Positions 1-7,598 of a DNA stretch of 64,000 bases are shown here, one piece after another. Every line of letters starts with the position of its first letter. Position 1 is the first letter of the stretch. Source of the DNA: Enterobacter phage phiT5282EW. The stretch is taken from the sequence record PQ352032.1. One strand, 5' to 3'. Below the pieces are notes generated by a model. That model had not been told where the DNA came from and searched no databases. It saw only the letters and a program-made list of their open reading frames with translations. Position numbers and translations under genes: made by a program.

Positions 1-2
1 GC

Positions 3-197
3 TGCTTCACCCAGCTGGTGACTGATACCCTGAAAGCTGGCGAAGAAGTAAAACTGAATGGCGTCGGCACGCTGAAAGTGGCTGCGCGTGCAGCTCGTAC
101 CGTGCGCAATCCGGCTACTGGTGCCCCTCTGGATATCCCGGAAACTCGTACCGTGAAGTTTTCTGTAACCAAAGACCTGAAAGACGCGCTGAATTAA
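3..197 (+). CDS. HU/IHF-family DNA-binding protein (3' portion; 5' end cut by window edge)
   Basis: Frame-3 translation ...LNGVGTLKVAARAARTVRNPATGAPLDIPETRTVKFSVTKDLKDALN* has the HU beta-arm signature R-N-P-x-T-G; stop TAA 195-197. Confidence 0.8.
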   Translation, partial: CFTQLVTDTLKAGEEVKLNGVGTLKVAARAARTVRNPATGAPLDIPETRTVKFSVTKDLKDALN

Positions 198-232
198 TCA
201 GCACCCTATTACAAAAGGATTCCCTGATAAAA

Positions 233-258
233 GGCCCGTTACAGGGCCTTTTCTTTCT
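233..258 (+). terminator. Rho-independent terminator after HU-like gene
   Basis: GGCCC-gttaca-GGGCC hairpin followed by TTTTCTTTCT. Confidence 0.7.
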
Positions 259-268
259 GGAGGTATCA

Positions 269-634
269 ATGCTCAGGAAAGATGTTGTGCAGGTGCTGGA
301 AGGGCTGGCGAAGGATTTACCGCCCCCTCCGACGCCTGAGGAAGTCCGCAAGATACGCGCCCGGCATTGTGGGCACATCAGCCCGGTGACAGTCTGCGAA
401 TGTGGGTGGAGCGATTTCTTTCACCGCATGGGTTGCAGGCACCAGACGGACTTTCTTGATAATACCGGGCATCAAATTAAATGGCTGTTCCTCGCGCAAG
501 ATGGCCCATTAGAAGGCAGCGGCAGCAGGATCATTGAACACGGCGTCCATTTTTGTTTCACGGGAGATAACGATGCAATTCAGCCAGATTCAGGGCTCAG
601 CGATCCAGCAGGTAGCGAAGTGGGCGAACAGTAA
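269..634 (+). CDS. hypothetical Cys/His-rich protein (possible zinc-binding)
   Basis: ORF with GGAGG RBS 8 nt upstream of the ATG; C-x-H ... C-x-C ... C-x-H spacing; its 3' end overlaps the helicase start by about 60 nt. Confidence 0.45.
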   Translation: MLRKDVVQVLEGLAKDLPPPPTPEEVRKIRARHCGHISPVTVCECGWSDFFHRMGCRHQTDFLDNTGHQIKWLFLAQDGPLEGSGSRIIEHGVHFCFTGDNDAIQPDSGLSDPAGSEVGEQ

Positions 635-1685
635 AGGCGGGCCGCAGGTCATGCGGTTGTTTGGCTACGCGGGAACCGGGAAAACGACCGTCGCCAAAGC
701 CATCGCTGAGGAAGTCAAAGGCACCGTGCTGTTTGGCGCATTCACGGGGAAAGCCTCGCTGGTCATGCGTAAAAAAGGCTGTGTCAACGCCAGCACCCTG
801 CATAGCCTGATTTACAAACAGGATGAAGATGCGCCGCCCGGCCCTCAGCCTAAATTCATCATTAACCCGGAAAGCTCGCTCCGGTACTGCCGCCTCCTGA
901 TTGTCGATGAATGCTCTATGGTCGGCCCCGACCTCGGCGCTGACCTGCTCGGTTTCAACCGCAAAATTCTGGTGTTGGGCGATCCGGCACAGCTCCAGCC
1001 AGTTAACGGCGAGGGCTTTTTCTGCGCCCCCGGCGTCAAGCCTGACATCATGCTCACGGAGGTTCACCGCGCGGCGGCTGAGTCGCCTATCATCCGGTTG
1101 TCTATGGACTTGCGCGAGGGGCGTCGCCTCCAGTACGGCACCTATGGTGACAGCTGCATCATTGAGCGCAAGCACCTCGGACAGCGCCGCGTGCTGGAAT
1201 CTGACATCGTGCTTTGCGGCATGAATAAAACCCGCATCAACCTCAATGAGAAGATCAGGAAGCTGAAAGGGGTTGAGAGCCCATTCCCGGTGGCTGGCGA
1301 TAAGCTGATTTGCCTCAAAAACGACAAAGAGCTCCAGATGTACAACGGCTCGATCTGGACGGCGAAGCACGCCGCAGAGCCAGACCGGAACGGGCTGGTA
1401 ATGCTCACAGTTGAGACCGAAGACGATCCGACCGTTGATTACCCGGTTGAGGTCATAGTACCGGAGAAATTCTTTCTGGGCCGCGAGAAAGAGCTCCACT
1501 GGACTGAGTTGCAGGGCATCCAGCAGATGTACTACGGCAACGCGATCACCTGCCATAAAGCGCAGGGCTCAGAGTGGGAGCATGTTGTGATATTCGACGA
1601 GGGCGGGATCTTTAAACAGGATGCGTGGCGCTGGCGGTATACGGCGATTACACGCGCCAGCGAGCGGTTTACCTATATTATGTGA
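573..1685 (+). CDS. RecD/Dda-like superfamily-1 DNA helicase
   Basis: Walker A GYAGTGKTT, Walker B LLIVDECSMVG, C-terminal ITCHKAQGSEWEHVVIFD motif typical of RecD/Dda/Pif1 helicases; GGGAGA RBS before ATG 573 (ORF track start 534 is less likely). Confidence 0.8.
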   Translation: MQFSQIQGSAIQQVAKWANSKGGPQVMRLFGYAGTGKTTVAKAIAEEVKGTVLFGAFTGKASLVMRKKGCVNASTLHSLIYKQDEDAPPGPQPKFIINPESSLRYCRLLIVDECSMVGPDLGADLLGFNRKILVLGDPAQLQPVNGEGFFCAPGVKPDIMLTEVHRAAAESPIIRLSMDLREGRRLQYGTYGDSCIIERKHLGQRRVLESDIVLCGMNKTRINLNEKIRKLKGVESPFPVAGDKLICLKNDKELQMYNGSIWTAKHAAEPDRNGLVMLTVETEDDPTVDYPVEVIVPEKFFLGREKELHWTELQGIQQMYYGNAITCHKAQGSEWEHVVIFDEGGIFKQDAWRWRYTAITRASERFTYIM

Positions 1686-1949
1686 TTACATGCCTTGGCT
1701 GGCTATCCAGTCAGCCTTATTCTTGTCCCGCGTGGCACAATCGCCGTACATGCCTAACAGGTCAGAATATGCCTTATACAGCGTCCCCATGTTTTCTCCG
1801 GGGTCGAGGTCTACGGCAGGGCAGGTAACGCGCAGCGATTCGCTCATGTGTGGCTTGGCCTGATCAACGACAACCTGCGTCGCCGGGCGAGGCTTATCGC
1901 TACAACCAGCGATAAAAGTCAGGGCGGCCACCAGCATCAGTTTTTTCAT
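1686..1949 (-). CDS. o-spanin (outer-membrane lipoprotein, Rz1-like)
   Basis: Signal peptide plus lipobox FIAGC-S, 87 aa; overlaps i-spanin stop by 4 nt; last gene of lysis cassette. Confidence 0.7.
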   Translation of the reverse strand: MKKLMLVAALTFIAGCSDKPRPATQVVVDQAKPHMSESLRVTCPAVDLDPGENMGTLYKAYSDLLGMYGDCATRDKNKADWIASQGM

Positions 1950-2407
1950 TTTGATGCCTCCGCAGGAACTACGCCGATGAATTGCGCGTTGATATCCCGT
2001 GTCTTATTGAGCAGGATCTCACGACCGGACGCGGGGAGTTTACAGTCGGTATAGACTGTCTTTTCGGTCTCTTTCTGAATGGTGTTGTTGTAGGTCTTGT
2101 TGACGATCTGGATGTTGTTCAGCGCGGTGAGGAAGTTTTTCTCCACGATCTGAGCACGATGCTCAGCATCAATGCGCCGGGCCTCCTTCTCCTGTAAGGC
2201 TACGTTCTGAGCATCAATCAGGGCCTGACGTTCCCCCGCCATGCGTAGCGCTTCGGACTCCGTACCCGATTTAAACCCAAAATAAAGGCCGGAACCGCCA
2301 GCGCCCATCATTGCGATAAGGCAAGCAACAATTATCCATGGGACAGCTTTTGTTCTAACGACTGCGGCACCCGCAATCTCTACCGTTTCTTTCAGTGGAT
2401 TACTCAT
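1946..2407 (-). CDS. i-spanin (Rz-like, N-terminal TM plus coiled coil)
   Basis: N-terminal TM segment AVPWIIVACLIAMMGAGG, then charged helical region; immediately upstream of lipoprotein gene. Confidence 0.7.
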   Translation of the reverse strand: MSNPLKETVEIAGAAVVRTKAVPWIIVACLIAMMGAGGSGLYFGFKSGTESEALRMAGERQALIDAQNVALQEKEARRIDAEHRAQIVEKNFLTALNNIQIVNKTYNNTIQKETEKTVYTDCKLPASGREILLNKTRDINAQFIGVVPAEASK

Positions 2408-2862
2408 TGGATTATCCTTAGGTTTACAGGTGGCAAAATAACCACCGTGTCACCGTTGATAATACCGTCACGGAAACTTACAGTGCTTCTGATTCTGTAG
2501 TCTCCCACAGGAAGATCAGGCATAACGAATGCGTAAGATCTCAGGTGGCACCCACCATCTGTAAGAATCTCCAATGGAGGCAGAGGAAAAACCGTGCCAT
2601 CAGGTGCCACCAAAGCCGGAGAAGCATTGAGTTTTAACTTCCCCTTTACGCAATACAGCCGCTCAATTCTGACCTCATCACCAGCCATGAAATTCATGGA
2701 GTTTTCGCCGTGAGCATCCAGCAGCTCAGTGCGCTTTACCGTGAATGTCGCTGTGTCGGTAAAGATGTAAAACCATCCCCCGGCAAGGAAAGCAGCCAGG
2801 ACGAATAGGTATGTAAGGGCACCTACTAGCGCCCTCCTGTGCTTGTAATTTCTGGTCGTCAT
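2404..2862 (-). CDS. membrane-anchored protein in lysis cassette (unknown role)
   Basis: Single N-terminal TM (LTYLFVLAAFLAGGWFYIF), beta-rich periplasmic part; 4-nt overlaps with neighbours. Confidence 0.45.
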   Translation of the reverse strand: MTTRNYKHRRALVGALTYLFVLAAFLAGGWFYIFTDTATFTVKRTELLDAHGENSMNFMAGDEVRIERLYCVKGKLKLNASPALVAPDGTVFPLPPLEILTDGGCHLRSYAFVMPDLPVGDYRIRSTVSFRDGIINGDTVVILPPVNLRIIQ

Positions 2863-3071
2863 TTAATGATCACTTTTGCCAGTACAGCCATCATGACGGA
2901 TGACAGGACAGCGGTTGCTAACCCGTAGGCGATCAGTTTTACAGGCGTAAATTCTTCACGGGTTATCTTTTCTTTGACCAGATTTTCCAGTGTCGAGACC
3001 TTCTCCTGTAACCGAACCACGTTCAGATTTAGCTCAGTAATTTTTTTGATGTCTTCGGAGTCTAGTGCCAT
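2859..3071 (-). CDS. small C-terminally anchored membrane protein in lysis cassette
   Basis: 70 aa, N-terminal helical/charged region, C-terminal TM LIAYGLATAVLSSVMMAVLA. Confidence 0.45.
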   Translation of the reverse strand: MALDSEDIKKITELNLNVVRLQEKVSTLENLVKEKITREEFTPVKLIAYGLATAVLSSVMMAVLAKVIIK

Positions 3072-3077
3072 CGCTCA

Positions 3078-3800
3078 TCACTCAAAGTATGGAATATATT
3101 TAGCACGGCGAACATGAATAATGTTCGATACGTACTCTCGGTTTATTCTGAAAAACGACTGACCATAGCCCTGCTTTGGGGTTTTGGATTTCAGGCTGTA
3201 CCGCTCGACGTGGTTCCACCAGCGGGACGAATCGCAGCCCCGCGTGTTGGCGCACAGACGGCGATCCTGTAGCACTCCACCCTCTCCACCGTTGTAAGCA
3301 CTCAACGTGAAGGCCAGCCGCTCATCAGCGTTAGCCGCTCCTTTCTGGCGGCTGAAAATGGCTTTATCCATTTCCACGATGGCTTTGAGTTGATAGTCAG
3401 CGTCATATCGGTTCTCCCAGCTCCAGCCCATCAGGCTTTTGTGGGCCGCAGCCAGCTCGCTGATCTTGTCGAACCTGATAGAGCCATCCTTATTGTATGC
3501 GCGGGTGAACTGCCCAAGACCGATCCCGTTCTCCCGGCTTGTTTTGAGCTCAGCACGCGGATCCCAGCATCGTGAATGTTTCAGGGTGATGCAGCTTTCC
3601 TGCTCAATCTGCCCCGCCAGAAACGATGGCATCGGGGCGTCGGGCCAGATGGTGCGCTGGGCCTGCACCAGATCCGGCAGATACTTTTCAGCCTTGGGCG
3701 GCACACTGGCGCGGGCATCCTCCAGTGAAACCACAAGGGCAATCACCAGCGCGAACCAGACAGCCGTTAACGCCCAGAGCCGTCTCATGCCTTGGCCCAC
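3078..3800 (-). CDS. endolysin, lytic transglycosylase (SLT domain) with N-terminal signal peptide or signal-arrest-release (SAR) anchor
   Basis: N-terminal hydrophobic LWALTAVWFALVIALVVSL with A-R-A cleavage-like site; catalytic-region motif GQIEQESCITLK ... ENGIGLGQFT typical of SLT family. Confidence 0.75.
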   Translation of the reverse strand: MGQGMRRLWALTAVWFALVIALVVSLEDARASVPPKAEKYLPDLVQAQRTIWPDAPMPSFLAGQIEQESCITLKHSRCWDPRAELKTSRENGIGLGQFTRAYNKDGSIRFDKISELAAAHKSLMGWSWENRYDADYQLKAIVEMDKAIFSRQKGAANADERLAFTLSAYNGGEGGVLQDRRLCANTRGCDSSRWWNHVERYSLKSKTPKQGYGQSFFRINREYVSNIIHVRRAKYIPYFE

Positions 3801-4105
3801 GTAACGAGGGACAGGATCAGCAGGCCGACGAACATCAGCAGCCCGGCAACGACAATCCCTGAGGCCCTGTTACCCCCGTGCGCCTCATTCAGCAGCCGGG
3901 TAAGGTCAATCTGCGGGAACATCATACGGGAGACGATGACAGCCAGCCCCGTGATGATAGGAGCCACCAGTAGCCACTGGACTACCGTCAGGGTCATAGC
4001 CTCGTCGATAAACCAGAGCAGGATAAAGCAGGGGAGGATCATCAGCAGAGCGGTCTTGTCGGTCAAAGCCCGGAGGCGTTTGGTGATGGATTGAATTTGC
4101 GACAT
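3785..4105 (-). CDS. holin-like protein (3 predicted TM segments)
   Basis: Hydrophobic segments LLMILPCFILLWF, LLVAPIITGLAVIV, GIVVAGLLMFVGLLILSLV; start chosen at MSQIQS (ATG 4105) with GAGGG SD; ORF track alternative start 4120 lies inside a hairpin. Confidence 0.6.
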   Translation of the reverse strand: MSQIQSITKRLRALTDKTALLMILPCFILLWFIDEAMTLTVVQWLLVAPIITGLAVIVSRMMFPQIDLTRLLNEAHGGNRASGIVVAGLLMFVGLLILSLVTWAKA

Positions 4106-4112
4106 AAAAAAA

Positions 4113-4135
4113 GCCCTCATAGTTGGTATGAGGGC
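4113..4135 (-). terminator. hairpin plus T7 run between tail fiber 1 and holin; 3' arm carries the holin SD
   Basis: GCCCTCATA-ccaac-TATGAGGGC followed by TTTTTTT then ATG on minus strand. Confidence 0.5.
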
Positions 4136-4162
4136 AGTTTTGCATCACGACTCGGACTGGTC

Positions 4163-6304
4163 TTACTTTTTGCCTTCGAGAGCAGCGAGTCGGCTGGACA
4201 TTGACTGAATGGTTGACACCATGTCAGCCATGATTGCTCGATCGGCAAGGTTGTAATACGTCCCACCAGCGAGTTTGTAGGCATAAAGAGGATCCGCCTC
4301 CATAGCTTCCTGAGCGATAAACCCACGGTCATGCCGTCCGTCAGCTTTCCAGTTGAACTCGCGGGGGCGAAGTTTCATAATCCTAGACTCAGCGCCATCA
4401 GGAGCGTTTACGGTTTTATCCTTCAATTCAGCGTCAGAGGTTCCGGGCAAAATATCACCTGACGGCCCGCTAATTGTCCCCGTGTTTCTGAACACCCACC
4501 GCGCTGAATATGACGCCTGGTCAGTTACGACAAAACTCATACCACTTAAATTAGGGTCGCCACTAGCACCACCGAAGAAGCCCATAGAGGCTACTAGCGT
4601 CCATTTACTTGGCACGGCATAAGTACCCTGGACGAAAGCAGCATAGGTATCGACGTTATTTGTAGATAGCGCCCCCTTTAGCATAGCCTTGCTTGTGCTC
4701 CAGGTATCAGCGACCATCCTTGACGATAGAACACCCTGTACCGACAGGTCTGCCGATACACGACATGATCCAGCGATAATCTCCCCCGCGATAGTTGCTT
4801 TTTGGGCATTAAACCGCCCATCGCTATCAAAGGAGAATACGCCTTTAGCTCCACCGATTCCGGTAGCATCAGTGTAGATATACGTGGTCGAAACTTGACC
4901 ACCTACAGCCACCGCAGCCTGCATCGTTGATTTAATAACGCCAACGCCTGCGCCGTTATATGTCGAATTTAACTCACCACCACGGGCTACATAACCGGGG
5001 GCTGGTTGCGTGGTATCGGCATTAAATACCTCAAACGAGGTATTCTGCGCCTGAAACGTGCCGCTGGCGCGGATAATCCAGATGCCGTAGGCGGCATTCG
5101 GGTTAATCTCGTTGTCAGTACGGCTGTAGACTGGACTTGATTTAGCCGCATCAAAGTTAACGTTTCGGAATCTGAACTGCGCACCGGGGTTAGGTGAAGC
5201 AACTAAACCCGGATCACCTTCACCACCATATGTCATCGAATTCGAGGTTACTGGAGTCCCGTGGTTAATTACGTTACTCACGCTACCAATAATTCGAGGG
5301 GCGCTGGCAGGAGCAACAAAACCTGAACTTTCAGCAGATCCAATCCCTAAACTGGACAGGAATAAGTGGGGAAGCCCTCCACTCTGGACGCCATTCAAAT
5401 CAGGGCAACGGAACAGACCTGCATCGTCGGCAACCCCCTGACTACCGACCGAATACTTGCCCCGATTACCATAAGGATTTTGGGTTCCATTATTCTGCCA
5501 AAGCGCCTCAGTAACGCTATTTAATAAACCACTCTTCACAGCAGCCCATAAATCGGGATAGTCCACTTTGCTAATAGGCACACCATCCGCAGCAATGTAA
5601 CCGGCTGGCAGCTTCGCACGGGTGCCGTTGAACCACTCCACCGCGCCGATGAAGTTATTCATCACGCCGTTCATGGAGGCACCGCCTGCTCCGCCTGAGG
5701 CCGCACGCAGCTGTTTCAGGGTTACGGCGTCATAATCACCAGCGGCATCGCCGCCTAAGCGCAGAGGCCCGCTGAGCGCGTTTAATGAGGTAATGTCATT
5801 GTTCGCACCAGATGCAGCCAGCCCGGTGATCGCCCCGGTCTTCCCGTTGACGCTGGTCACGTTGGTGCTGGTCAGCTCACGCCAGTTGCTCAGTACGCTC
5901 GGCGGCATCTGGGTGAGGATGAAGGTTTTACCCAGATCCTCACGGATAGCGATATCGCCGCGCTCACATTGCAGGCCCAGCATTGACGCCTCGTTAGGCA
6001 CCGGGAAGGTATCGATCACAGCGATAGATGGCATCAGTGAGCCATCAATTTTCCCATCCGGGCCAGTTTGCACTACCGTAGACGGCAGGTTAGCTTTATT
6101 CAGCTTGCCGTTTGCGTCCAGCTTGGCGATGACATCGGACAGCATATCATCGGCAATCTTCCCGGTTGTCTGGTCGCGCGTAACGACCAGCACATCCAGC
6201 AGGTTTAACGTGTCGCGCAGGCGCTCCACGTCATCTTGAAGGAAGTTGTCAGTGTACGGCAGTAAAAGCCCCAGACGGGGCGTTTTCTGGTCTACTAAAG
6301 CCAT
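4163..6304 (-). CDS. tail fiber/tailspike protein 1 with C-terminal intramolecular chaperone (peptidase S74-like) domain
   Basis: N-terminus MALVDQKTPRLGLLLPY shared with second fiber; C-terminus ...RIMKLRPREFNWKADGRHDRGFIAQEAMEADP... resembles endosialidase-type auto-cleaving chaperone. Confidence 0.8.
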   Translation of the reverse strand: MALVDQKTPRLGLLLPYTDNFLQDDVERLRDTLNLLDVLVVTRDQTTGKIADDMLSDVIAKLDANGKLNKANLPSTVVQTGPDGKIDGSLMPSIAVIDTFPVPNEASMLGLQCERGDIAIREDLGKTFILTQMPPSVLSNWRELTSTNVTSVNGKTGAITGLAASGANNDITSLNALSGPLRLGGDAAGDYDAVTLKQLRAASGGAGGASMNGVMNNFIGAVEWFNGTRAKLPAGYIAADGVPISKVDYPDLWAAVKSGLLNSVTEALWQNNGTQNPYGNRGKYSVGSQGVADDAGLFRCPDLNGVQSGGLPHLFLSSLGIGSAESSGFVAPASAPRIIGSVSNVINHGTPVTSNSMTYGGEGDPGLVASPNPGAQFRFRNVNFDAAKSSPVYSRTDNEINPNAAYGIWIIRASGTFQAQNTSFEVFNADTTQPAPGYVARGGELNSTYNGAGVGVIKSTMQAAVAVGGQVSTTYIYTDATGIGGAKGVFSFDSDGRFNAQKATIAGEIIAGSCRVSADLSVQGVLSSRMVADTWSTSKAMLKGALSTNNVDTYAAFVQGTYAVPSKWTLVASMGFFGGASGDPNLSGMSFVVTDQASYSARWVFRNTGTISGPSGDILPGTSDAELKDKTVNAPDGAESRIMKLRPREFNWKADGRHDRGFIAQEAMEADPLYAYKLAGGTYYNLADRAIMADMVSTIQSMSSRLAALEGKK

Positions 6305-6313
6305 TTCTTATCC

Positions 6314-7585
6314 TTATACCAGTGATACGCGGCAGTTAGTGACGTAGACGCGCTTGTTAGCGCCACCTTTGAGGATCACCTTCACACGCACCGCTGCACC
6401 CGCGATCAGTTTACCGTTGGTTGTGACGCCAGCAGTGGTGTCACCAGCCTTGATCGTAAATTTGCGGTCGGTCATGTTGGCCTGATTGCCCGGCGTTGAT
6501 CCGGTCTGCTCCAGCTTCGTCCAGACCATTGAGCTCGACGGGTTCTTGTCGATAGCCAGATAGACCTCAATGGTGGCGTTGTTGGCATCGACCGCAGTCA
6601 GGTACACCGTGGCTGTCATCGGGTTCTGCGGGTCGCCAGAGAATGCGCGGCTGACGTAGGAGCCCTCAGCGGCGATAGAGCCAGCGATAAGCTGTGAACC
6701 GGGATCCAGCAGGGCAGACGCGTAGCCGTCAGGCGTAGAGCGAACCACCGCCGACACTTTGATGTCGCCAGTGATCGCGGACGCGTTCTGGATGACCTGC
6801 GCATCAGATACGGTCTGCGTGGTGCCGTTCGGGAACTCCAGCAGGAAGTTAGCGTCGGCCCCAGTCGCCGGAACAGTCGAAAGCATGGACACAAGGAAGT
6901 CGGTCGCGTTGTTCACGCTCACGGTGCCCAGCGGCATGGTTTTCGATGCCTGAGTGTATTTGCGGCAAAGCAGGCGGAACGTCAGATCGCGGTCTTGGTG
7001 CGCCGTCCACGTTGACGCGTTCGCAGAGCTCAGCAGTACGCCTACCTGATACGGCTGGCTGGAAACGTAGCCACCACCTGCGAGGTTAGGTTTCCCCAGC
7101 TCAGAGATCCCCACAGCCATGTCGGCATCGTTACAGAGCACCACCACGGCATACTCGGTATTTGGCAGGCTGTAGAACGGCTCAGCGAATACCACGCGGT
7201 TATAAGCGCCTTCAACGATGTTAGCCGGATCCAGTCTGCCTTCCGCCAGAATGGTCGTGGTCGGGAAGCCTACCTGAGTGTCGCGCAGCTGGACGATTAG
7301 CGGGGTATTGCCCTTCTTCGTCACCCAGATCTCAACCGCAGCCAGATGGCGTGCAGAGTCAGCGATAAAGGTCTGCGCCAGCGGATCGTAATACGCCTGC
7401 GAAACGTTGGTGACTTTGCGCATGTTGTTGGTAACGACAGTACCCTGCCCGGTAAACATCGCGTCGCCGTTGCCGCCCTGAGTGCCTTTAAATTGCACCA
7501 GTTTTGTCCCCGCCCTTACCTTGGGCGGGATTTTGAACTTGCCGCGCACTACGCCATTGGCATCGGCTTTTAATGAAGTTGGCAT
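6314..7585 (-). CDS. hypothetical tail/fiber-associated structural protein
   Basis: 423-aa ORF between fiber and baseplate block, beta-rich, no recognisable motif. Confidence 0.4.
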   Translation of the reverse strand: MPTSLKADANGVVRGKFKIPPKVRAGTKLVQFKGTQGGNGDAMFTGQGTVVTNNMRKVTNVSQAYYDPLAQTFIADSARHLAAVEIWVTKKGNTPLIVQLRDTQVGFPTTTILAEGRLDPANIVEGAYNRVVFAEPFYSLPNTEYAVVVLCNDADMAVGISELGKPNLAGGGYVSSQPYQVGVLLSSANASTWTAHQDRDLTFRLLCRKYTQASKTMPLGTVSVNNATDFLVSMLSTVPATGADANFLLEFPNGTTQTVSDAQVIQNASAITGDIKVSAVVRSTPDGYASALLDPGSQLIAGSIAAEGSYVSRAFSGDPQNPMTATVYLTAVDANNATIEVYLAIDKNPSSSMVWTKLEQTGSTPGNQANMTDRKFTIKAGDTTAGVTTNGKLIAGAAVRVKVILKGGANKRVYVTNCRVSLV

Positions 7586-7598
7586 TTAAAACTCCTTA

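Noticed and set aside
597-1556. Long antisense ORFs inside confidently assigned genes (e.g. 597..1556 -, 8328..9314 +, 14631..15356 +, 36125..36904 +, 37427..38179 +, 43652..44794 +, 45626..46984 +, 56571..57479 +)
   Set aside because: They lie opposite genes with clear motif support (helicase, terminase, giant ART protein, methyltransferase) and have Arg/Ala-rich compositions typical of shadow frames in GC-rich DNA; no RBS support
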